This document shows positions 29,282 to 42,529 of a DNA stretch of 64,000 nucleotides, piece by piece. The number at the start of each line of letters is the position of its first letter. Position 1 is the first letter of the stretch. The stretch covers positions 1,674,001 through 1,738,000 of the forward strand of contig CM022668.1 of assembly GCA_012295275.1 (NCBI GenBank), written 5' to 3'. The notes beneath the pieces were generated by a model. That model was not told the DNA's origin. It was given only the letters and a program-made list of their open reading frames with translations, and searched no databases. The translations under genes were made by a program, and so were the position numbers. The DNA is from Chrysomallon squamiferum. Its lineage: Eukaryota > Animalia > Mollusca.

Positions 29282-31598
29282 GTAAATAATAGACGTAGAT
29301 TTTATATATTACTAAACTGATTTTTGCACCTAGAATAATAATCAGTAATGTATAAAAATGGCTTGGCCTTTGCTAACTTGAAATCTTTAACAACTAAAAA
29401 CTTGACAGCATCAACAGTATGTTATACAAAGCAGGTTTCAGTTTGAAAGTTTGTATGCTTGAAGAGGGTGGATGATAACAATGTACATTATTTATGACTT
29501 GGTTTACTTCGTGCATCTCAGTATTTTAATCAGAAGAAATATGCCTGTGTTTACTTTGCAATAGACTAAATAAATTTAACACCTACAAGACTGAGAAAAA
29601 AAGAAAAATGAGAATTATTGTTGTAGATTTTATGACTGTTACCAAAGGCATTAAAATAAGAGGCACTGAAAGATATTAATACTGGAGAGTTTTTCCTATG
29701 TTTACTTCCATTAAATTAAAATCTACAGCCAGAGATCATATATCTGTACATTATATTTACATAGAAAGGTCAAGCAGGGTCATCATAAATGGATGTCTAC
29801 ATTTATTGCTTACCCATCAATCATTTATAAATAATGTCCATCCTCACTGTTTATGACACTTAGTAGAGACTGTACAATTTAATACTTTATGGAAGTTTAT
29901 TTTTTTCTGGGGAATATGTGGCAGATGTTCTGCATGTGTCAGTAAGTATTGTCCAGACACAACATCCATTGTACTCATCCAAGGGAATCTTTCACATTGT
30001 CTGCCTTGAGGCAGTTTTATTGTATGTGACTCAATGTTGACAGAGACTGCTGACAGCCTTGTATTACAGGTGCATACCTGCTTCCTGTGTTTACTCCATG
30101 TGCTTTTAGTCTCATCTTGAAGCTTTTCTTTGTGAAATTATACTTTGATTTCATATTGTGGATAATGGATTAAACTTTCAATTGTGTACTTGAAAGGATG
30201 GGTGGATTGGAAACAACAGTTTGTTTCAACTACAGTTGCTGCTTCTTCTTTTTTGATCTTTTGATTGTTTGTTGAGTAGCTGATGTGTTATTTGTACTAA
30301 ATTTTGTAAGTTGCATCATTTAAAAAAAAGTTTCTATCTGTAATGGACACTATAAAATAGGAATTTTGTTACATAAATAGCATAGATTTATAATAGATTT
30401 GTGTACTTTAAAATATTGTTGCTATTTTGATATTTAAACAATTGTTGTTGTTATTATTATTATTATTATTAGTAGTAGTAGTATTATTATTATTTATTAT
30501 TATTTATTAGTATTTTTTTAATAGCACCATTTATTATTCCTGGTGACATTGAATGTTATCTTTTTTCTTTTTAAATTTTATTTGTTTCTCTAAAAGATCA
30601 CATTTTTCTCATTTATTTTCTTTACACTTAAAATATCAATTGGATAAATATTGCATTAAATAAAATTGTGTGTGTTGATGCATCACATAAGTAAATAAAT
30701 ACCTGTTATGATTTTATTCCTGCTCTTCCACTGTCCACTGTTGTTGACCTTTGTAATGTGACCACACAGGACCAGCTAGCCTGTCACAGGCTTGTTCTAC
30801 TAACCAGATTGATTCACATGGGTAGGTCAGCTGGGACAGAATTCATCATCATGTAGGTAAATTGATTTCTCAGTGAATTACTGAAGGTATTCATCTCTAC
30901 TACTTGTTGTTGACAGATGAAATTTCACTTGCTGGGTCCTCAGGCAACTTTAAGATCTAACAGTGTGTGTGTTTACAGATAAGAGGAGATCATTTTATGT
31001 TTTTCTGAATATATAAGCATTCATACTGAATGTATTCTGTTGTGTGATTGGTGACTAAATACTAGTGCTTTATCTGTTATTGTGCATTTGCATTCTAACT
31101 GGAGTTATAGTTTCATGGAAGGAAAATAATGGTTTTTCCTTTGATTGTTCAGCAGGTGTGTTAATGTATATGCACTGCTAACAATCAGTTGTGTTTTTAT
31201 TGAGTACAACCAGTAAAGTGATGATACACCTGCATATCCTGTCTTTCACAGACCTGTATGATTGGGAAATTTGTCCATCAATTATTTACTGAAATGATAC
31301 ATGTAGGTTAATTATATTGTTTCACCAGAGGGCAGATATCCATTTAATTCTTCTGTTTATATTTGTTTCCATGGATATCATGTGTTTCAGAAGTCCACAT
31401 CAGAGTCAATATTTGCATCAGTTTCACTGTAATCTTGGGAAACAGCAGATCAGTTCATTTCTAATTTGCTTCAAATGGACAAATATGTGAACTGCATTTC
31501 ATTTTGTGGTTTCACTGGCAGAATGAAACTCAAACAGTTTAATGTACTGAGTTGTTTTGGATAGTAGATATAACACTGGACTACACACAGTAAAGGGA

Positions 31599-31650
31599 AT
31601 GCAGTCCCAGGTGTATAAATCATCCTATGTACATGTTTTTATCTACTCAG
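31599..31650 (+). CDS. Candidate alternative first exon MQSQVYKSSYVHVFIYS
   Basis: Consensus CAG|gtaagt donor; 52 nt open from the ATG; phase 1 matches 33468; in-frame TGA upstream at 31548. Confidence 0.45.
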
Positions 31651-33467
31651 GTAAGTCAGTGTTATTGATATAATCTCATTTTTATTAACTAGCGATTGTA
31701 TTAATTGTATGCAGTATTATGCATGTATATATTTATTATAAATAACAATGACATGTTAGTAAAATATTGTATTTTGTATGTTGTTTTTCTGACCTATTCA
31801 TTTATAATATAAATCCTTGGATTAACTGATGCTAAAAAAAGGCTTATATGTTTCTGCTATTTAATAGTTCTCTGATGGTCTTGAGATTTATATATAATTT
31901 ATAACAACTTCACTGCAGATGCTGAATTTATAAATATATAAATAATCTATTGTATCTTGTGATTGGGCAAATTCTTGTTTCACATTGTCTGCACACACAC
32001 ACATACACAGATATACAGTTTCTACTCATACATACATGCAGCATACATGCACACCCACATACACACCCCCACATCCATAAACACACACGATTATTTACAG
32101 TAAAGCAACAATATCATATAACTAAAAAAAAAAATCTATGACTCACAAGGTGAAAGAAAGAAAAAAGGAAACCTTAAAAATATTTTTCTTTCTTTAAAAA
32201 CACAGATGTTGTAAGGGACAGCGTCTGTATTAGTTAATGATTTACCTTTAAAATCAAAGTCTTTTCTCTCTTTGAACTTACTTCTCTAAAGATGGACTGA
32301 TTATCTGAATATTTGTATCATTCAAAGGACTGTCTGATGTTCTCTGAAGGTGGTGATTAAACTTGAATACAAATAACAGCTTATTATTATTACTATGAAA
32401 ACAGATATCAGTCTTAGTTTTAACATAATACATAAAGGCAAACATCAGCTTTCAAGTCTTGATTTAAATGAAATATTCATTCAGGTGTAGAACATTAAGA
32501 ACAAAGCTGTCTGTATAAAAATGCTGTATTTGTAATCTTATCTTGTTATGTAGTTCTTCAAGTTACTGGATTTCAAATAAACACAAAAAGACTTATTCTG
32601 TGTAGAATAAACATATTCGTATATTTAATTCTAGTAAATGTGGTATTAAATTCTTTAATAAGGATAATATATATATATAGATAGATGGATAGATAGATTG
32701 ATATAGATCTATAAAATAAAGAATAAAATGTTGAAAAAAAAAAAAAAAAGCAAGCCACAAGTAAAACAGTTGTGTTGTTACTGGCACACAGTAGTCTTAT
32801 TTTATCTTATTTCAGACAGTCTTCTATGACATCACATCATGAACAGTGAAAATGTCTTGCATTCATTATCACAAATGATTATTCATTGTTCTTCATTCAA
32901 TCATTATTTTTTCTTTCTTAAAATACTTTCTCTGCATGAATAAAGATTTTATTTATTTATTTATTTACTTGTTACTGTTTTTAATCAAACCATGATGTAG
33001 TCCTTTTATATAACAAAAAATATATCTCATCTTCTTCATCGTTTTTCTGATAAAGAAGGACATACGGTTATAACCAAAGATCATTTGACATTTCCTAGCT
33101 TTTCCAGTAGATTCAGCTCAGACTGCCCTCTTGTATCTCCTCAGAAAATACTAAGAATTAATACTGAGGTGATAGCTCTTTGGGTTTTATGTATGAATGA
33201 AACTCTTTCAGAATAACATTTTCAATAGTTGTTCGTCCTTTATTTTTCCCTCTCCTATAATTTCCTGAATTTTTATATTTTGTATTTACATATTTATTTA
33301 TTTATTATTTTTAATTATTGTTATTGGATTTTTCATGTTCATTTTTATTTACTTTCGGTGATTGGACAGTAAACATATGATTCCCTTTAATAATGAAAAT
33401 GATATTCTTGTAAAACTGAAATACAGTTTTCATGACTAATTTTACATTATTATTTATTAATCTTCAG

Positions 33468-33532
33468 ATTCTTCTAAAAATGGAAGCACCTGTGGTTCAA
33501 GTTTGGATTCTTCCAATGTTACACAAAATAGG
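33468..33532 (+). CDS. SVIL: Supervillin small exon (DSSKNGSTCGSSLDSSNVTQNR)
   Basis: tcttcag| acceptor and AGG|gtaagt donor; phase 1-0, required to link the 23441 donor to the 34470 exon. Confidence 0.82.
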
Positions 33533-33545
33533 GTAAGTTTATCTT

Positions 33546-33553
<8 letters not shown>

Positions 33554-33591
<38 letters not shown>
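33554..33591. repeat. (TG)n microsatellite
   Basis: Read directly. Confidence 0.95.
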
Positions 33592-33592
<1 letters not shown>

Positions 33593-33726
33593 TTATATAT
33601 ATAATTATCTAACTATATATATAAAAGAGAGGGAGCGAGAGAGAGAGAAAAAAAACATCTCTCTTTGATGTACATAATTTATAAGTTCATAAGTTCATAT
33701 TTTATATTTTATGTTTGTTTCAAAAA

Positions 33727-34017
33727 CGGGCTGAAAATCCTTAATCAAAAGGCTTGTGACTGATAGTGTTTTTGATTTCAGAATTTTTCAGATTTTGGAA
33801 TATATATATCTAAATATCAATTTTATTTAATTTCATATTCAAATTATACAAGTAGTCAGCAGGAATTTTTTTAAAACTTTTATGAACAAAATAAAGTTTA
33901 TGTTCATCTGAAACGATACAAAGACTGTAAGATATCCCTGTTTCTGATGTTTGGAAAAAAGTTAACATTTTTAAACTTTTTGGATTTCAGCATTTTGGTA
34001 ATGGCATCCTCAACCTG
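33727..34017. mobile_element. Degenerate pogo/Tigger-type (Tigger4/MER46-like) MITE
   Basis: Right end atcctcaacctg followed by TA; decayed left end cgggctgaaaatcc; internal gatttcagaatttttcagattttggaatat resembles MER46/Tigger4 as recalled from memory. Confidence 0.6.
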
Positions 34018-34147
34018 TATAATAGAATTAAATTATACAATATATTTACACTAGATGAATGTACTAAATTGTGTTTTTATATTACTGGAATGATTAACAT
34101 TTCACAACTAAAAAGCAAAATAGAAATATTTTCTTTAATTTACTTAC

Positions 34148-34329
<182 letters not shown>

Positions 34330-34469
34330 TTTTTGTTTAACTTGTTTAAGCATGAGCCTGTGTTTATGGTTTGTATTATCCTTACGTTATCTTTTTAGAG
34401 CAGGGTATACTTACCCAGAATACTCTCCAAGAATACTCATTCTGTTTGCTTGTTTTGTTTCTTGTTTAG

Positions 34470-34613
34470 GTCAGTGACATGAAAACTCCTAGCAAAGTAA
34501 CACTAACCCAGCATGAACAAGTCCCTCCTCAGAATACATCTGTGATCTCTCCCTTGCATGCCTCTACTGCTTCTGTCAGTATAATCTCCAGAGCAAAAGC
34601 CCTTCAAGAAAAG
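34470..34613 (+). CDS. SVIL: Supervillin exon (VSDMKTPSK...RAKALQEK)
   Basis: tttag| acceptor and AAG|gtaact donor; 144 nt, phase 0-0. Confidence 0.82.
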
Positions 34614-35014
34614 GTAACTTTTATAGTTATTATAAAACTTTGGAAGACTATTCTTCAGCTTTCATCTCGAGGGTAAATAAGAAATATGGTAAATGGCAAT
34701 CATAAGATATATATTCACAGTCTGATAATAAATGCATGTTGTTTTTTTGCATGTTGTTTATTAACATGTCTTAAGATTTGTCTTTGATTTCAGATTAACA
34801 TCAGCATGGTTTCTAATTCATTCCAACTACAAAACAGAAAGATTTCTTTATTTTTGCATTATTTATTATCCTGGTATAATATGAAATGTATTTTAAAGTA
34901 TGTGAGTGTTTGATTTTTTTCCTTCTTTGCTAAATAAGTTGTTTTCTAAATAAGAGTTATTATTATCATTATTATATTTATTTATTTATTTATTTGATAT
35001 TTTTATTTTAAAAG

Positions 35015-36666
35015 GTTAAAAAGGCCAATGAATCAAAACCAGCAGAACCTGAAGAAATCTTGCCTCGACCAATCAGAAGAGGTAAAGATTTCCACCAGCT
35101 ACTTTCGAAGTTTTCAAGTTCTGAAACGTCAGGATCTGATCCTGACCCAGCATCAACAACAAATACAGGCCGCAGAGTTCTGACATTATGCCGCCAGGAT
35201 AACATTGTTGTCAGCACCAGTGATGAATCCAACACAGAACGACGTACACCAGAAAGAACAAGCAGCTTTCAGTATAGGTCACCTACTAAAACTCCGATTG
35301 AGGGCAAAGTTCAGAGGTCAGGCAGCTTCAAGTCTGAGTTTATGAAGAGACGTTACAGTGTGGAGAAATCAGACAAACCTGATGATGAACTTCAGGCAGT
35401 TTTATGTCAGAGGAGCAACATTGTGGAGAAACAACAAGTGGAAGCCAAGAGAAAACTGTCATCTAAAGAGTCCAGGGTGGAAAAAGCTCCAGAGAGAAAG
35501 GCTTCTGATGTTGATGAGGTCATTGCAGACAGGGAAGTGCTGGCAGTTCTTAAAGCTCGTAGAAAAGAAACTGATGCAAAGACTGTGGTGGATAATGATG
35601 GTGAAAGTGCTAACAGGACAGATGATTCAAAAGCAGATATAGACAAACTTGATTCCAGTCTGGCTTTGTTAAATAAAGTGAAAAATGATCTTGAAAGTCC
35701 CATTTCATCTTCTGATTTAGATATTTCTTCTTCATCTTACATTCCATCATCATCAACTAGAAAAAAGTCAGGTTCAGAGAATATATCAGAAGCAATAAAA
35801 TATGTTCATGATGTCGAGACATCCATTTCAACTTGCATTTCTTCATCCTTATCAAACACAAAGGAAAATGGTGATAGCTTAAAGGAAGCTAATACCAAAG
35901 GTCAAGAAAGTCACCATGTTGCTAGTAAATCAGAGATATCTGAACCAGAGGTTTCATACACAGTATCATTAAGTAATTCACAAATGCCAAATTCCATTAA
36001 CAAAACAGACAAACGAACCAGTGAAGAAAAACGACTGAGTGAGGAAAGAGATTTTGCAATGCCGCTAGCAAAAGAAGAAAAGTGGGTAACAGACCGCCGG
36101 CAGCGGAGAGAACCCAGAGCAGAACCAGGTGAAGATCTGTGGAGTGACGTGGACATTACCGACGAAGTTACCTTACCCACCGTGCACTCAACGGCTGAGG
36201 TAACATCCACAGAAAAACAGACAGCTGATAATGGACAGACAGCCCAACTGGTGGAGGATAGTCACACATCTGGAAGCGATGCAGCCAGTGTCACAGTATC
36301 TCAGAGACAATCATCTAACAGTGCCAACAATGCTGCATCTGTCAGTGTGCATAGCACTTTAACAGCGACCACTTCAACACCAGAAAGTCCCAGTGTGCCA
36401 AACGTGACAAATCTACGCCGAGCTGAATCACTTAAGGAAAGTAGTTCACCAGTGCACAGAACAGATTCGTTTCAGAAAAGGAAAGGTATACTGAAACGCA
36501 CCCCTTCCTTGCCTAACCAGTCTTCCCCTGTTATTGTGGACAAAGAGCTGGCACAGCTGTTACAGAAACAGAAGTCCAAGTGTGAAGACACTTCTGAAGA
36601 TGAACTTAACGAGAGAACCAGAACCAAATCCATATCAGCATTAGAAGAAATTGATGAAATTTCAAG
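35015..36666 (+). CDS. SVIL: Supervillin giant exon (1652 nt)
   Basis: ORF 35060-36670 extended upstream to the ttttaaaag| acceptor (a second in-frame AAG acceptor lies 9 nt downstream); AAG|gtaaag donor; phase 0-2. Confidence 0.9.
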
Positions 36667-37802
36667 GTAAAGAATTATATTTATTACTATTGTCTTCTTT
36701 TAAAACAAAATATATTTTATACTCTCTAAAATATTACTGACATATTACTAATCATAATAATATAATTTTATAATTATTACTTATTTATGTATTATAGTCT
36801 TTGACATAAATTAATAATTGATATTTACCATTTGAGATTATTTAAATAAGGAGACATTTATTCTGAACTTTTAAATTTCTTTACACTAGATTTCTAAATG
36901 TTTTATTTTATTTTATTTTTTTTGTATTTTGGAACATTTTTTTTTTAACGTTTTGTTTGTTTAAATTAAATTGTAAGATATGAAATGAAAACTGATTACT
37001 TAAATCAGTGAGAATTTATTTATTTAATAAACTTAATAATTGATCAGTTCTAATTGTTCTGGATAAATCTGACTTTTTTGTTTTAGAAATTATATTATTA
37101 TAGTAATTAATTTTTTAATGTAAATTTGAACACAGTTTACTGTATTAATTATTTCCTTATAATAATTAACAGATTGAATGGTATTTGTATATTTATTTAT
37201 TTTTAATATATAATCAAATTAATTGAAAAATAATCTAAATAAAAATTACAGTTTTCAGTTGCTAAATGTATCCCTAAATACTTATATTATGGCTGTATGT
37301 ACACAGAAAGAGTTAACTTTATCTGTTTTCTCCACCTTCAACATAAACATCACTGATTTACCTTGGCAGGTGTGCTGCTAAGCTAATTGTTCCTTCAGGT
37401 GAAATGGTTTAGGTATTCATATATCTAATCATTTAGATAAACAGAAATAAACCATGTGTTCTGTAGAAAGCATTTCTTTGAATGTACTACTGTAAATTGT
37501 TATTTTAGAATTATCAAACAAATTGTGTAATGTAGAATTAATGCTGGTGATTGTACCAGGTCAGTGATATAACTGGATAAAATTTTAATGGTTGATAAAG
37601 AGTATTTGGAAATGCATCTGTATAATCTTTATAATTTAAATATAGAGATTATGGAAAAGGAATATTTAGATTTAAGTGACATCACTATATATAAAATCAC
37701 AAATAAAAAATGATAATAAAAAATATTGAAAAAGAATAAATAAATAAAATAAAATAAATTATTTTAAAAAAGTAAAGGTTAAAAGAAATAATAAAATAAA
37801 TA

Positions 37803-37803
37803 A

Positions 37804-37862
<59 letters not shown>
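37803..37862. repeat. (AAT)n microsatellite
   Basis: Read directly. Confidence 0.95.
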
Positions 37863-37867
<5 letters not shown>

Positions 37868-39409
37868 TGCACTTTTGATTCACTTAAATAAAACTGAAAA
37901 ATGTTACTATTCCTTTACTTACTCTTAAAAATAAACAGTAAGGGATTTTCACATAAGTCACATACGTACCCTTTGATTAACTAGTAATGAAACATTGGTT
38001 GGCAGGGGTCACACTAGGCTTGAAAAATAGGGAGAAGTGACTTCTCACTCTAGGCAAATTAGGGCAAAGTGAAATTTTGAAATTAATTTGTTTACAAGTT
38101 TAAAAGAACTGTTTATTTTGAACCTCTGACTACAACAGCAAAACAATCCATTTTTGAAGCTGTTCATACAGTAGATAGTGATAGATAGCTGTCTCTATAG
38201 GACTCAGTCGTAGATGCAAATTCTGTATCAATCAATAACATTAGAAGAAGATTCATGTTTATTGTCATTAAATAAAATGACATTGAGGCTTGCATAGGAA
38301 CTAAAGGACCTATTATATCAGTTTCTTTGTTGTTTAAAGTGAAATGTAGAATTAAAGTTAAATTTTTTTTTCTTTCAATAATTTATAAATTACTGTTGGA
38401 CAAAATGGAGGCAAACTGTTCTTTCCAACTTCCAAGTGATATATATTTTTGAACAAAAACGGAAATAAAAGCTTAAGAAATGAAGGCAACTTAGATTTCA
38501 CCATGGATTAAAAATAAGATGAAATGTGCTATACAAGGGCAATTACTTTGTCCATGTTGGTCCCAGACATGGACCAAGGACTAATTCCCATCCCTTGCTC
38601 AGTAGTTCATTTATCATAAAACACTAGACAAGCTCTTAACATAAATCAGACGTTAAGTGATACTTAGTGACATAACTAAACACATTTTTATGACATAAAT
38701 TAGAAACTGTGACATTAATATGTAAGTATATGGTTCACCTAAGATGACTTCACACTTGTGTAACTGCTTTTAATGTGAATATTTTTTGTTGCCAGTTTTC
38801 AGTTAGGTGCATATTCAGAAAAATAAAAACCCCCACTTTTCTGACTTTTTTATGTGCAGTTAATAAAATAAACTATTAGTAAAACAAGATCTCTTTCTTT
38901 GTTTTCAGTTAAATGCAAATTCAATGAAATAAAACACATTGACAAATTCATTGTGACACCTTCTTCAGGCCAGTGACTTTTGTCAGTGAGTTGTTAGAGC
39001 TGTGTTCTATTTCAGTGATATACTAACATCAAGTGAAACTTTTTGTCAATTTTAAAACTTTGATCTTTTTGTAGTTAGTGTCAGATTTTATAAAAGAGAA
39101 AGATAATTACATAAACTGGTTTGTCCAACAGTGATTTTTCTTATCTTTTAAGTGAGGCAGAGAAATCAACAGTTAAACAATAAATAAAATTCTGCTATCC
39201 TAATTTTTTAAATACACATCTGGTTCTATTTTGTGTTTGTGTGTATATATATATATATATATATTTTTTATTTTTTATTGTTGAAATGCTGAGTAATGTT
39301 AACTGAAGGAAAAAGGCTATTATTAACATATATATAAAAATACTACAAATTCTCAATTTATGAAATTTGCTTATTTATGAAGATAAAATAAATCTATTTA
39401 TGAAACATT

Positions 39410-40157
39410 TAGTATTTACAGAGGAGAAAAGAAATGTGGCTATATTTATGTAATGTTTTGTTTACAGAAGACAAAATATGTCAATATGTAATGTTATGTT
39501 TACAGACAAGAAAAGAGATATGGCTGTATTTATGTAGTGTTGTTTTTCAAAAGAGAAAAGAGATGTGACTGTATTTATGTAATAATATCTTTACAGAAAA
39601 GAAGAGAGATGTAACTATGTAATATTACATTTAGAGAAAAGAAAAGTGATTAGACAGTGTAATGTTTTGTTTACAGAAGAGAAAAGAGGTGATTATGTAA
39701 TGTTTTGTTTACAGAAAAGAAGAGATGTGACTATGTAATGTTTTGTTTACAGAAGGGAAAAGAGATGTGACTATGTAATGTTTTGTTTACAGAAGAGAAA
39801 AGAGATGTGATTATATAATATTTTGTTTACAGAAGTGAAAAGAGATGTGACTGTGTAATGTTATGTTTACAGAATAGAAAAGATATGTGAGTATGTAATG
39901 TTATGTTACAGATGAGAAAAGAATGACTATGTAATGTATTTTACAGAAAAGAAAACAGATGTTGCTATCTAATGGTTTGTTTACAGAAGAGAAAAGAGGT
40001 GATTATGTAATGTTTTGTTTACAGAAGGGAAAAGAGATGTAAGTATGTAATGTTTTGCTTACAGAAGGGAAAAGAGATGTAAGTATGTAATGTTTTGTTT
40101 ACAGAAGGGAAAAGAGATGTGACTATGTAATGTTTTGTTTACAGAAGGGAAAAGAGA
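39410..40157 (+). repeat. Minisatellite, unit about 40 bp x about 19 (atgtaatgttttgtttacagaagggaaaagagatgtgact), overlapping the exon acceptor
   Basis: Units read directly; the last four are spaced exactly 40 nt (AG ends at 40024, 40064, 40104, 40144). Confidence 0.95.
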
Positions 40158-40312
40158 GCTGATGATGAAGATGAAAGCATGAAACAGCTGTCTGTTACTC
40201 AGAGGATTTTTGCGATGCAAAAGAAGATAGAGGAGGAGAAACTGGCAGCAATCACCCCCAAATCTGCCTCTCAGTCTGGTTACACCACTCCCAAGTCTGC
40301 CCTTAAGATCTG
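40145..40312 (+). CDS. SVIL: Supervillin exon (REKRADDEDESMKQLSVTQRIFAMQKK...ALKI)
   Basis: The acceptor is the last copy of a tandem repeat (tttacag|); CTG|gtgagt donor; 168 nt, phase 2-2. Confidence 0.87.
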
Positions 40313-40436
40313 GTGAGTCAAAGCCTAATTAAATATTGTTTAAAGTAGTAAACTAATTTGCTTCTTCCTTCTGAAAATTACCAACAATAGGTCAATACTG
40401 CTAAATTAAATGTTAATATTGTTTTTGATGTTGTTG

Positions 40437-40473
<37 letters not shown>

Positions 40474-40484
40474 GAAATCAAATA

Positions 40485-40900
40485 TAATTTTTTGCAGATA
40501 TGAAAATGAAAAATGGAATAAAAACAAAAACAACTGGATAGTGAAATCTGATTTTTATTGTTTTATTTATTTATTTACTTTTGGCAGGTGTCACAGTGAT
40601 AATGAGATTGGTAGTAAATTTCATGCACAAATTTTAATATTATTACCTAATTTAAAATCAGATCATTTTTTTTTTTCTATGTCAGATATCAAAATGAATG
40701 GAAAATTTTAATACTCATATTACCTAATTTAAAATCTTATTGTGTTTTTATTTGCTTGATGTCAAAGTGAAAATTGAACTGGTGATAAAGTGAATGAAGA
40801 ATTTTAATGTTAATTTATCAAATTTAAGATTTAATTGTGTTTCTTTTTTCACCAGGTGTCAGAATGAAACTGGAGCTGGTAATAAAGTGAATGGTGACAG
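40485..40900 (+). repeat. Degenerate tandem repeat (about 70-100 bp x about 5) of the acceptor plus exon start
   Basis: atgtcaaagtgaaaattgaactggtgataaagtgaatg (about 40759) aligns with the exon start gtgtcagaatgaaactggagctggtaataaagtgaatg (40856); attacctaatttaaaatc occurs twice. Confidence 0.7.
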
Positions 40901-41098
40901 TTCTAACACGCAGGCAGTGTCTGGTGAGCAGTTGATAGAGAAACTCAACAAACTCTCAGAACAGACAAACGTACAGGAGGTTGCTGGGCTGAAGTTGGTG
41001 CACAAGCAACGTGAACGTTTCCAGCAGCGACATCGTGCTGATGACTGGAGGAGGAAAACACAACCAGTGACTGTTGACGAAGTGAAGGAGGCAGACAG
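40856..41098 (+). CDS. SVIL: Supervillin exon with WRRKTQPVTVDEVKEA
   Basis: ttcaccag| acceptor and CAG|gtttgt donor; phase 2-2; TQPVT motif. Confidence 0.9.
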
Positions 41099-42529
41099 GT
41101 TTGTGACGTCTTCATTTTTTTGTTTCATCAGCTTCATTTTCTTGTTTTCTACACTTCTTTACATTTTTATTTAAAACCTTTCTCTTTGTTAGTCTTCCTC
41201 TTCTTTTTCTTTCTTTTTTTTAAATTGTTTTTTGATTCTGATTCACGTTTTTATTTCTGAGTAGCATCCAGACAAGACATAATCTTTAAAACATGTCAGC
41301 TGACAGAATTATAATGTTTTGAATAATTAAATTTTTATACAGACAAGTTATGGTAGAATTTTCATAGCAATATGAACAAGTTATGTAAAAGATTTATTTA
41401 TTTTATGTTGTAACTGTGTTGATGTAGTAGAGTAGAATGTCTTCTTCAGTTTACTTTGTTTGTCATACTTGTTAACAAGACATTCATATAAGATGTTTAT
41501 CTTTTAAATTTTAACCCTTGCTGTGAAACAGTCAGATTTAATTCCAGTGACTGGAATGTGATATAAAATTGTCTTATCTTGGTAACAAAAACCATTATAT
41601 TAATTTATATTTTTTTCAAATTTTTCATCTGTTTTTTTTTGATATTTCAAGATGTCATATTTTGAACAGTGGGATACATTCAATGTTTATTTGTTATAAA
41701 AAACAACAACTAATTTTTAAAGACAATTTGATATTGCAAGGGTTAATATAAAGTTTAACTTCTAGCTTTTTTGTATTATTTTAATATTGTAATCTTTCTG
41801 CTTACTTTTGATTTGCTACAAACAAACTGGTTGTGGAATTACATGATAGTGTTAGGTAGTAATGATTCTTGGAAATTTATTATTAAATAAAATCATTTAT
41901 CATTGGTCCATCTCCCTTTCTAGCAATATATCATCATGTTAATAAAACTTTTCAGACTTTGAAAGTTTCCAAATTACTTAATTAAAATACATATTTACCA
42001 TCATTACGCTAAATCACCAAAGACTGGGTGTCTTTATATATTTTTTAAAATTATTTATTTATTTATTAAATAAGTAAATAAATTTGTGTAAATTGACAAA
42101 AATATTTATTAAAACTTGTTACATAATGATGTGAATCAGTGTAAAAGTTAGACTAGACTGGAAACCTGTTTGGTACTAGTACTGATATTTTGAAGGAAAA
42201 TGTCTTGTTTAACATAGCTTCCATAATTCAGTCCTTGGTGATCTGGTGAATAGCTGTAATGAGTATCAAGTACAAAACATAATAAAAACAAATAAATGCA
42301 CATTAGCATTCACATACAGAAACATATGTATGTATGTATACCACCCAGCATTATTAGGGTCCCAAAGCCAATGTTCATTCATTATCATTATTTTTTTTAA
42401 ATACATCATTTGAAAAAATAACTGTAGTTCATTTAAAACTGAACCAAACGAGTGTCATCATCATTCATGTAAACATCACATTTTGAAAAACAAAAAGACT
42501 CTGAGTGAATGTAAGTACATACTTTTCAG

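Noticed and set aside
38003-38597. Possible hAT-like end (caggggtcacactagg) and a downstream hairpin gtccatgt...acatggac
   Set aside because: No convincing matching TIR or target-site duplication.
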